Shown here: piece after piece, positions 38,726 to 46,899 of the stretch | Position numbering within the stretch: position 1 is the first letter of the stretch | Layout of the letters: every line of letters begins with the position of its first letter | Virus record (IMG/VR): IMGVR_UViG_3300023440_000003 | Span: 1 to 64,000 of that record | DNA length: 64,000 nucleotides | From: a virus | Strand: one strand, 5' to 3' | Position numbers and translations under genes: made by a program | Notes under the pieces: model-generated | What the model saw: the letters and a program-made list of their open reading frames with translations, nothing else | The model's database searches: none | What the model was told of the DNA's origin: nothing

Positions 38726-38896
38726 ATGGCAATTTATACAAGTGGATATCAGTTTAATGCACCTATCTCTCAACAGAGAACTATTATCATGAATCCGGTT
38801 TATATAGCTGACTATCATACATCTATTCTCTCCACAATATCATACGGAGTTACTACTTTTACTGTAAAGCTTAGAAGATTATTCTTGTTTTTGTAG
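38726..38896 (+). CDS. 56-aa partner protein, copy 1
   Basis: MAIYTSGY...VKLRRLFLFL*; paralog of 39771 ORF; below the track cutoff. Confidence 0.65.
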   Translation: MAIYTSGYQFNAPISQQRTIIMNPVYIADYHTSILSTISYGVTTFTVKLRRLFLFL

Positions 38897-38907
38897 GGAG
38901 GTCAGCT

Positions 38908-39771
38908 ATGGGATTCTATATAGGGTCTGCCACCAGAGACATTTTAATATCCACTATAAAAACCAATCTTGTCAATGAGGGTTGGATTGATTACGATCCA
39001 ACATACAATGTAATTCAAACTCCTACAACAGCAACATATCAGTTTTTTGTAAGGTTCATATCGATAGATGATCAAAAGCTTAGCATCGCTTGTTATTTAA
39101 ATTGGGATAATGTGAATCATACTGGGTCACAGTCGTCTAACACTAAGGATATTGTATTTTTTGATTCTCCTCCTAATACGACTCCACCTAACGTTAACTA
39201 CATTTTGAGATCGTGGGGAAATGGATTTATTCTATGGCTGAAAGGAGATCCTCTACATGGAAGTCCACAATATAATCTTGCATATATTGGAGATCTAGCA
39301 GTTGTTACTGATTTTCCTCATCCATTTCCAGTAATATTTATGTGTTCTTCGTATTTTTCTGGTGCTTCTCATCTTGGATCTGGATATATTGTAGCCAAAA
39401 ACCGTTTTGGCGAATTTGTGTGGGGTGGTCCTGCACATTACGCTCATCTTGTTTCAATCCCGCCATGTTCCACATGGGAAGGAGGTTATACGATAAATGG
39501 AGATGTAAATACTCCAGATGGACAGAGATTATGGATGCCTGAGTTGTATCTAGTAGCAGCAAAACAGCCTCAAGGTGTTTATGGCCGACTGCAATATATT
39601 AAAGGTATTACTCAGGATATAGCTTTTTTTGATGGGGACGAATTGATAGATCAAAGCGGGAACAGTTTTGTTGTAGCAAATCTTTACAATCGTTATGGCG
39701 AATTCTGCAATTTACTAGGGGCTTATCCTTATGCATATAATATAAAAAGAGTTGCTATACAGAAAATCTGA
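38908..39771 (+). CDS. putative tail/receptor-binding protein, copy 2
   Basis: NEGWIDYDPTYNVIQTP, WDNVNHTGS, TPDGQRLW. Confidence 0.65.
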   Translation: MGFYIGSATRDILISTIKTNLVNEGWIDYDPTYNVIQTPTTATYQFFVRFISIDDQKLSIACYLNWDNVNHTGSQSSNTKDIVFFDSPPNTTPPNVNYILRSWGNGFILWLKGDPLHGSPQYNLAYIGDLAVVTDFPHPFPVIFMCSSYFSGASHLGSGYIVAKNRFGEFVWGGPAHYAHLVSIPPCSTWEGGYTINGDVNTPDGQRLWMPELYLVAAKQPQGVYGRLQYIKGITQDIAFFDGDELIDQSGNSFVVANLYNRYGEFCNLLGAYPYAYNIKRVAIQKI

Positions 39772-40004
39772 TGGCTGTATACACTTATGGATACAGTACC
39801 AGCATTTCTCTTAACAATGTTAATTCAAACACACATATAGTAACCGGTGCAGTCGAACCTTTGGCTGTCCAAGTTTCTTTTCAGAGTTCTTATCTTAGCC
39901 TTGAGTTTGGCGTAGGCTTACCCAGACGAGTTACTGTATTTTTAACCAATACATCTCCAGAGGCTTTTAGAGTTCAGATAAGACGTGTATGGGTGTTTTT
40001 ATAA
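39771..40004 (+). CDS. partner protein, copy 2
   Basis: MAVYTYGY...VQIRRVWVFL*. Confidence 0.65.
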   Translation: MAVYTYGYSTSISLNNVNSNTHIVTGAVEPLAVQVSFQSSYLSLEFGVGLPRRVTVFLTNTSPEAFRVQIRRVWVFL

Positions 40005-40092
40005 TACTACTTTTTCCAAACACTATATTTTTAATCTAGCTGCTTTGGCTACGTATTGATAATTTAATGATTGTTTTTTAAAATCGTTTTTA

Positions 40093-41136
40093 ATGCCTTT
40101 GGTGCTTAGAAGATATCTTAGAATATTGTTTTGTCGTGCAGATAAAGGAGGAGTAGGTCATTATAGGGTTACATTGCCTGTCAAATATCTAAGAAATACA
40201 GGTTTTTTCTGCACAGATAGTATGGCTATTTCTGCTTCTTTAGTTGAATCACATGACGTTCTTTATTTCAGTAGACAATATAAATGGGAAATCATAAGCT
40301 TTCTGCAAAAATTTTCTGCTGGATTGCCAATTATTCACGATTTTGATGATTATTTGTTTCATGTTGATCCTGCAAATCCTGCTTCTGCTTTGTTTTACAG
40401 ACCTGAAGTACAGAAGGGCTTGATAGAATTCACAAAAATGTCTAAAGTTGTGACTGTGTCTACCGAGCCATTGATGGAAGAAATGAAAAAGCGTTTTCCT
40501 AAAAAACTTATTGTATTGTGTCCTAATGGTATTGAAGATGATAATTGGTTAAATCCTGAAGCTAAAAAGCCTAATGATAAAATCAGAATTGGATGGGCGG
40601 GTTCTGTTAGTCACGTTGGAGATATGAGAATTATTGCAGATGCTGTAAATGAGATAGCCAGAAAATACCAAAACAAAGTGGAATTTCATTTTTTTGGAGT
40701 TACTGAGGAATGGTTAAGTAATGTAGGCATCAAAACTGATGCTCCTAACATTCACACACACAAACCTGTACCGGTGGAAATGTATATGGCTATGTTAAAA
40801 AATTTGAATTTTGATATAGGCTTTGCTCCTTTAGATCTTACAAGGTTCAATGATTGTAAAAGCAACATCAAATTTTTAGAATACACTGCCGCTGGTGTAC
40901 CCGGGATTTATTCTCCAGCATATCCGTATAAGTCAAGTATAGAACATGGCGTTACGGGTTTATTGGTTAAAAAGAATCAGATAAAGCATTGGATAAAAGC
41001 TTTTGAACAATTGATTCATGATGAAGCCATGAGAAAAGAATTGGTAATTAAAGCTCAAGAGTGTGTTAGAAAGAAATGGACTATGAATCAAACTGTAGAA
41101 TACTGGAGTAATGCAATTGAAGCCGCAATTCAATGA
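40093..41136 (+). CDS. GT-B fold (family 4-like) glycosyltransferase
   Basis: GVGHYR, DFDD, IGWAGS, DIGFAPL, FNDCKSNIKFLEY, HGVTGLLV. Confidence 0.85.
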   Translation: MPLVLRRYLRILFCRADKGGVGHYRVTLPVKYLRNTGFFCTDSMAISASLVESHDVLYFSRQYKWEIISFLQKFSAGLPIIHDFDDYLFHVDPANPASALFYRPEVQKGLIEFTKMSKVVTVSTEPLMEEMKKRFPKKLIVLCPNGIEDDNWLNPEAKKPNDKIRIGWAGSVSHVGDMRIIADAVNEIARKYQNKVEFHFFGVTEEWLSNVGIKTDAPNIHTHKPVPVEMYMAMLKNLNFDIGFAPLDLTRFNDCKSNIKFLEYTAAGVPGIYSPAYPYKSSIEHGVTGLLVKKNQIKHWIKAFEQLIHDEAMRKELVIKAQECVRKKWTMNQTVEYWSNAIEAAIQ

Positions 41137-41320
41137 TCATAGGTCTTTTGTAGGACCACCTGATAAATTTGATCTTATTGGTGCTATACAATTTAAGGAG
41201 TATAAAAATATTAATGTAATCATGAAGAAATACGGAATTTAAAAGATACCTGTAAAATTGCACTGTGGTTATTAGACTGGTATAATTTAATCTAGGTTAT
41301 AAAATTAGAGAGGTGCTATA

Positions 41321-41815
41321 ATGGCTATCATAGAAAATGAAGTCATAATTCCTCAACTTTATTCAGAATGGCGCACAGATGTCATAAATTTTTTAAGATC
41401 TTTGGTTTATGAGTTAAGAGATCATAAGCATAAATTAACTACTGGATGTACAGTTAAGGATCTCTTATCAATATTTCAATCGGTAAAAGTACGTGTAGAC
41501 AAAATTAAACAGTTATTGAATTCGCCATTTCTGTCGAGACTGGAAAGTGATTTGCAAAACGAAATAAGCCCATTGTTTTCGATTACTTCTAAATTGCAAG
41601 AACTGGATCAGTATCATCAACAATTAGAACTGCTTATCAATAAGAAATTTTTTGATCCTAATGAACCTCCTCCCCCAAATGGTCTTTCTCTGCGAGATAA
41701 ATATTTTGATGCTTCTGGAAATCCCAAGCTGGTAAATCCTGATCTTACTGATAGAATGATCGACCCTGCAGACTTTACAGATATTGTCAATTTGATGACA
41801 AGTTATGGAATTTAG
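41321..41815 (+). CDS. hypothetical helical protein
   Basis: SD GAGGTG; TGGTATAAT upstream. Confidence 0.65.
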   Translation: MAIIENEVIIPQLYSEWRTDVINFLRSLVYELRDHKHKLTTGCTVKDLLSIFQSVKVRVDKIKQLLNSPFLSRLESDLQNEISPLFSITSKLQELDQYHQQLELLINKKFFDPNEPPPPNGLSLRDKYFDASGNPKLVNPDLTDRMIDPADFTDIVNLMTSYGI

Positions 41816-41818
41816 TGT

Positions 41819-42838
41819 ATGGGTTGGTTATCTGGATGGCAATACCGGCGATTAATTACTGTGGACAATTCTCAAGGTGTATCTAAAAATGACTACCAAG
41901 TTCTTGTAGAACTAAATTCTTCTAATTTCGATTTTACTAAGGTTAACAGTGATGGTTCAGATTTAAGAGCTACTTTATCTGATGGTACAACTGTTATACC
42001 TTTGTGGATTGATATATGGGATACGGTTACACCATATGCTCGTATATTTGTTAAACTTCCATCCATATCTGTAGGTATTAATCAGTTTTATCTTTATTAC
42101 GGTAATCCTGGAGTAGGTTCAGCCTCTGATCCGTTTCAAGTTTTTGATGAATATCGTGATTTCGAACCTTCAGAGGATTTGACAGGATGGACTACTACAT
42201 GGATTAGTGCTTCAAATGTTTCTTATGTATATGATATACCAGCGAAATACAATAGCTATGGTAAATATTATAAAGATCCATCTACTGGATATGGAGCTGT
42301 AGTTGATTATAAGACCCTTTCACAGTACGAAGATTTTATTGCGGAACTGTGGGTATATGTAGCTTTCAATTATAGTTATTATGACCAGCATTATGGAATT
42401 CTACTGTATAAAAGTGGATCGACGGTATACAGGGCAGGTTTATCAAATCCAGGAGCTTCTAATTCTCCTCGTTTGTATGCTATAGCAGGTTACAAATTAA
42501 TAAGTTTATGGCCAAATAATAACGTATGGTATTTTATTAGAGCAAAAGTTCAATATGATGTAGCTAATAATCAGACTACATGTACTACAGAAGTTTATCA
42601 CGAGGATTTAACCTTGATGGACAGTTATACTTATACATCTAGTGTTTTGGCAAATGTAATAGGAGTCCATTTAGCATCTGGTTATTCTCAAACAGGAAAA
42701 GTAGGAGTGGATAGTTTAAGGAAAATGAAATGGATTTATCCAGACCCTATTGTCACTGTAGGTAGTGAAGAGCTTGCTCCACCACTTGGTTCATCAAGAC
42801 GTCGTAGGGTAATATTTTATTATGGAGAATACCGATGA
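41819..42838 (+). CDS. DUF2341-like virion/tail protein
   Basis: WLSGWQYRRLITV...DYQVLV...DGSDLR...LYYGNP pattern. Confidence 0.7.
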   Translation: MGWLSGWQYRRLITVDNSQGVSKNDYQVLVELNSSNFDFTKVNSDGSDLRATLSDGTTVIPLWIDIWDTVTPYARIFVKLPSISVGINQFYLYYGNPGVGSASDPFQVFDEYRDFEPSEDLTGWTTTWISASNVSYVYDIPAKYNSYGKYYKDPSTGYGAVVDYKTLSQYEDFIAELWVYVAFNYSYYDQHYGILLYKSGSTVYRAGLSNPGASNSPRLYAIAGYKLISLWPNNNVWYFIRAKVQYDVANNQTTCTTEVYHEDLTLMDSYTYTSSVLANVIGVHLASGYSQTGKVGVDSLRKMKWIYPDPIVTVGSEELAPPLGSSRRRRVIFYYGEYR

Positions 42839-43218
42839 CGGTTAGAAAGAGTCAGACCCTGCAAGATCTAGTTTTTGTGATTCCTCTGGTTAAAGTTACT
42901 GGAGAAGCTGCCGCAGGTCTTGTAACCACTCTCTCAACCAGGATTATTGATCCAACAGGTAATCCTCTTCTACCAGGTATTGATTATGATGAAGCTGTTT
43001 TTAGTGAACCACATTCTGATGGAAACTACGTGGTTAAATTTCCACAAACGGCTAATTTGAAAGCATTTACTTTAGAAGATGCTACTAATCCTTATGTTTT
43101 GATACTTGATTCTACTGACCCGGATACATATCCTACTGTATTAGAAGTGTGGATTGTGTCTGAGTATGCCTGGGAAAGAAAGGCTAGAATTATTGATTAT
43201 ATAAAAAGTTATAGCTAA
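42835..43218 (+). CDS. putative virion adaptor protein
   Basis: Beta-rich; between tail genes. Confidence 0.5.
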   Translation: MTVRKSQTLQDLVFVIPLVKVTGEAAAGLVTTLSTRIIDPTGNPLLPGIDYDEAVFSEPHSDGNYVVKFPQTANLKAFTLEDATNPYVLILDSTDPDTYPTVLEVWIVSEYAWERKARIIDYIKSYS

Positions 43219-43230
43219 TGGAGATCTAAA

Positions 43231-44664
43231 ATGCGTTGGTTTGTAAAAAGTACAGGTGATGATAACAATTCAGGTGAGACGATAGATCAGGCATTTGCCA
43301 CATTACAGAAGGCTTTAGAAGTTGCTGCGGATGGTGATGAAATTATTATTTTAGATAATATTGTTAACACTTCCGACATTATTTTACCTAATAAATCGTT
43401 AATTATTCGTGGACATAGACTAGGATACTATCCTTTAACTGATGGTGAATCGCGACCCAGCTCTATACAATTTAAACAAGGCAGTGTAATGGTTTTTTCT
43501 CAGGGCTCTGCTCCTATAGTGATTGAAGACCTTGATTTCATTTTTGATTCTGATACGCCTTCTGCATCAGGTGCAGATATACTATTACAGTCCGGTACCA
43601 GTTTTTGTTACCATAAGACGTTTCAAAGCTGTATGATATCTTCTTATAGGAATAATCCTGTAGTTAATTTGAACTTATCGTATATTGGTTTGATGAATTT
43701 TTATAATGTACATATACAGTCTTATACAGAGAATGAATGTTTAATTTTGACTAATATTACAGGAGTTTTTGCTGACGGACTTTTAACTCAGCATGTCTCT
43801 GCCAGCGGAGATGTTAACCCTCATGTGTTGTTGATGGTTAATAATTCAATACCAAAATCTTTTATAGTCAGAGAATCAAGTTTTTTATTTGTTAATGAAG
43901 ATACTGGTTATACTAATTACATTTTTGTTTCAGATAATTCTCCAGGAATAGGTGTAGTTTTTGATAAAAATACTTATGCTCTAATAGAATTTAACGATCT
44001 CACCCAGAGTAAATATTTTACTAGTCAGATGCCTTCTGGTGCTAAAGAATACGATCCTTCTCCTTCAGAAGCTTTATTTACTTATCCTATTGCTTCTAGT
44101 ATTATGGTATCACCCCCGGGTATTTATAATGTCACAATTTCTACTAAGACTGCGGGAGGTTCGGGGATACCATTTACTATGATAAATGTGCTTAATGATC
44201 AAGGTAAATTACTTCATGAATTTCAGACTGATCAGAATGGAAATGCATCTATTACATTGAATCAAGGAACATATCACATCCGGGCTTATGCTGTGGGGTA
44301 TACCTTTACGGAATCAATAGTTAATATTACACAGGATACTCAAATAGATCTTACAGGTTCTGAAATTTATTACACTCCATCACCAGATCCAGCATTGTGT
44401 CGTATTCACATTTATGTTAAAGATTTCGGATTGCAACCTCGTGCTAATATAAGAGTATATGTGGATATTTCGGATTTACCTCAGACTATAGGCTCTAATA
44501 TAGGAGTGCTTAATACACAGACTTTTCTTACCGATGCTAATGGGTATGTTTATTTTGATGTGGCTCAAGGTGCTACAATTACTGTCAATATTCCAGATGC
44601 CAGATTGAAAAAAGAATTTACGGTACCTCTGCAATCTTCACTTAATTTAGCTGATATTGTGTGA
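43231..44664 (+). CDS. tailspike-like beta-helix protein with C-terminal prealbumin-like domains
   Basis: WFVKSTGDDNNSGETIDQAFATLQKAL start; TDQNG and TDANG repeats. Confidence 0.65.
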   Translation: MRWFVKSTGDDNNSGETIDQAFATLQKALEVAADGDEIIILDNIVNTSDIILPNKSLIIRGHRLGYYPLTDGESRPSSIQFKQGSVMVFSQGSAPIVIEDLDFIFDSDTPSASGADILLQSGTSFCYHKTFQSCMISSYRNNPVVNLNLSYIGLMNFYNVHIQSYTENECLILTNITGVFADGLLTQHVSASGDVNPHVLLMVNNSIPKSFIVRESSFLFVNEDTGYTNYIFVSDNSPGIGVVFDKNTYALIEFNDLTQSKYFTSQMPSGAKEYDPSPSEALFTYPIASSIMVSPPGIYNVTISTKTAGGSGIPFTMINVLNDQGKLLHEFQTDQNGNASITLNQGTYHIRAYAVGYTFTESIVNITQDTQIDLTGSEIYYTPSPDPALCRIHIYVKDFGLQPRANIRVYVDISDLPQTIGSNIGVLNTQTFLTDANGYVYFDVAQGATITVNIPDARLKKEFTVPLQSSLNLADIV

Positions 44665-44694
44665 TTTTAGAGAATAATAAGTTGATATGATAAT

Positions 44695-44958
44695 ATGTTT
44701 ACCATGAATGAAGCTAAAAAAACAGCATTATGGTCGCGTATTTTAAGTTCCCCTTTATTAGTGTTATTAGCTAAAGGCACAGTGATGAGTGGATTAAGTA
44801 GAGCAGCCGGTTTGCCATGGAAGTATGCTTTGCCTATTGGAGCTTCTGCAGCTTTTGCAGATTTGGTGTGGGTATACCTTGAGCGAATGGCTAATTTACG
44901 TGCAATTCAACATTATAATCCACAAATTCAGATACCAAAGTCAGTGTATGTAATATGA
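44695..44958 (+). CDS. membrane protein, R-x-x-(S/T)SP family
   Basis: KKTALWSRILSSPLL; QHYNPQI; C-terminal YVI. Confidence 0.6.
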   Translation: MFTMNEAKKTALWSRILSSPLLVLLAKGTVMSGLSRAAGLPWKYALPIGASAAFADLVWVYLERMANLRAIQHYNPQIQIPKSVYVI

Positions 44959-45230
44959 TGGATAATTGGCCATACTATGTTGGAAGATTTATAACTGCTC
45001 CTGCAGTTGAGGCAACTAGTGTTTTATTAGGTGCTAAATTGTTAGAAAAGAAATTTCCTGATGTATTTAAAAAATTAAGTCCCAGAGGCAGAGCAGTGGC
45101 ATATCTTACACTAGCAGCGCTCGCTTATACTACATCGCATTTAAGCAGAAAACATTTGGTTAAGAGCTTACAACAATATAATCCTAATATTAAAGTAAGC
45201 ATGCCATGGTCATTTTATTATTTAATATAG
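44955..45230 (+). CDS. membrane protein, R-x-x-(S/T)xP family
   Basis: GRFITAPAV; QQYNPNI; C-terminal FYYLI. Confidence 0.6.
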   Translation: MMDNWPYYVGRFITAPAVEATSVLLGAKLLEKKFPDVFKKLSPRGRAVAYLTLAALAYTTSHLSRKHLVKSLQQYNPNIKVSMPWSFYYLI

Positions 45231-45273
45231 GCTTTGGTAGAATAAATGGTAGAATCCTTCAGGAGGTGGTATC

Positions 45274-45603
45274 ATGGACAATTTAGTATATGCAAGCTTT
45301 TTACTTAAAGAAGCAGCTAAACTCAGTTATAGGGAGCGGCAGCGTTTGCCTGATTCTGCTTTTGCTATTGTTTACAGAGATCCTAAGACTGGAGAAAAAA
45401 TCAGAAAGTACCCTATTCACGATAGGGCCCATGCAAAAAATGCGCTGGCTCGTGTTGCTCAGTTCGGTACCCCTGAAGAAAGAGAAATAGTCAGACGAAA
45501 GGTTTATCAGCGATATCCTGACTTGAAGAAGCAAAGAGAAGAAAAAATAGGTAGACCTTTGACTAGACGTGATTTACGTAAGCGCAAGTTACCTAAGAAG
45601 TAA
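45274..45603 (+). CDS. small basic KxA-motif protein with LPDSAFA...YPIHD domain
   Basis: FLLKEAA leader; LPDSAFA, RKYPIHDRAHAKNALAR; strong SD. Confidence 0.7.
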   Translation: MDNLVYASFLLKEAAKLSYRERQRLPDSAFAIVYRDPKTGEKIRKYPIHDRAHAKNALARVAQFGTPEEREIVRRKVYQRYPDLKKQREEKIGRPLTRRDLRKRKLPKK

Positions 45604-45604
45604 T

Positions 45605-46855
45605 TCAATTTGCATTTGTACACAAAATTAATACTTTATCTGGATACTTTGAATGTCTAAACACTAATATTTGAACAAATCCTGATATATTTCGTGGGGT
45701 TAGTATTATTTTTTGAGTTTTGGGGTTAAGTTTCTCTAAAAGTGCACTTATCTTTCTATACAAGGCTATATATTCTGTGGTTGACCCCAGTAACCTGAAG
45801 CCTTTATTATATAGCTTTTTGATAAGATTTCTTAAATCGTCCTTATATTTGTATTGTATTATTGCTATGTTTATATCTGGCTTATTTATTTCAGCATTCT
45901 CGAAGAATCTGTCGTATAGGTGAATGGTATGTCGACCATAAAGTTCAACGCCAGCACTTTTTGCTGCCCATAATATAGGGTTTATGTATCCATAATAACC
46001 GTTCTTTTTATTATGGTCTCTTTCTTTATCTAAAAATACAGCAGCTTTTTTGGATAATGATCTGGGAAGTTTTAACATTACTTTATCGTCAGTTTTTACG
46101 AAATATAATCCAAGAAATTTGAATTCCTCATTTTTCCTTATTGGTGTGATACGGATCTTAAATTTATAACGTCCAAATACAGACTTAATGTAGTTTATGA
46201 TTTTTTCATCACTTAAACTAGATTGAACTCCTATTAAAAAATCATCAGCATATCTGAATGTCACCATCGATAGCGATCTATTATATGCTTTTGTAATCAC
46301 ATTAAGTCTGTAAGTTAAGCCCGTAGTAAGTATTCCGGCAAGTATAGGTGATGTAGGTAATCCATAAGGGATATGACCATTTATGAAACAATACGTTTTA
46401 ATTACGTCTATGAATCTATCTATATCCATACCTAACTGCAACTTATTTACCTTAGCTATAAAATTTATTGAATCGTCCAATGCGACGTCATAAGTTTCAT
46501 ATAATTTTTTTGGGAGAACATATTTATATAGGTCTAATCTGTCAGGAGTTATTGATTCGAAGTAATTTATTACATCCACTTTAAAAAATCTTCTGTCATC
46601 TTGCAGTATATGAAAGAGTTGTAGGAATTTTTGGCCTGAATGTACTGATGAGATAGCGAAATCAGTACAGTTAGTTTCGACATATTTTAGATATATGATG
46701 TAGTGTGTACTTAGAGTGTTATGCAAAATTTTTAGAACTTTTTCGTAAGGACCTAACGGTATATATATTTTTTTAAACTTATCTTTCTTCTTTATTTGTC
46801 TGACTCTATACACTTTGGGTATTTCTTTCTTGAAAATTTTTGTTTCAAACTCCAT
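45605..46855 (-). CDS. reverse transcriptase (retron-like, unclassified)
   Basis: KVDVINYFESI, HIPYGLPTSPILA, FRYADDFLI, FKFLGL; SD AGGAGGTG. Confidence 0.85.
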   Translation of the reverse strand: MEFETKIFKKEIPKVYRVRQIKKKDKFKKIYIPLGPYEKVLKILHNTLSTHYIIYLKYVETNCTDFAISSVHSGQKFLQLFHILQDDRRFFKVDVINYFESITPDRLDLYKYVLPKKLYETYDVALDDSINFIAKVNKLQLGMDIDRFIDVIKTYCFINGHIPYGLPTSPILAGILTTGLTYRLNVITKAYNRSLSMVTFRYADDFLIGVQSSLSDEKIINYIKSVFGRYKFKIRITPIRKNEEFKFLGLYFVKTDDKVMLKLPRSLSKKAAVFLDKERDHNKKNGYYGYINPILWAAKSAGVELYGRHTIHLYDRFFENAEINKPDINIAIIQYKYKDDLRNLIKKLYNKGFRLLGSTTEYIALYRKISALLEKLNPKTQKIILTPRNISGFVQILVFRHSKYPDKVLILCTNAN

Positions 46856-46899
46856 GCATCACCTCCTTTTCTACTTCTTATATCTCTAAATATGCTAAA

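Noticed and set aside
37845-39771. DGR template/variable repeat pair serving the RT
   Set aside because: In the shared blocks I compared, differences are mostly synonymous and not adenine-specific. Both copies are full coding paralogs and no Avd-like gene is next to the RT.
45605-46855. Group II intron or canonical retron
   Set aside because: Flanks are fully coding, with no room for intron domains or msr-msd; no maturase X domain and no VTG motif.
46840-46899. TTG start of RNAP given in the ORF track (includes an SKYA motif)
   Set aside because: It overlaps the RT start and SD on the opposite strand and lies upstream of the TGCTAAAAT element; ATG 46900 or 46912 is more plausible.
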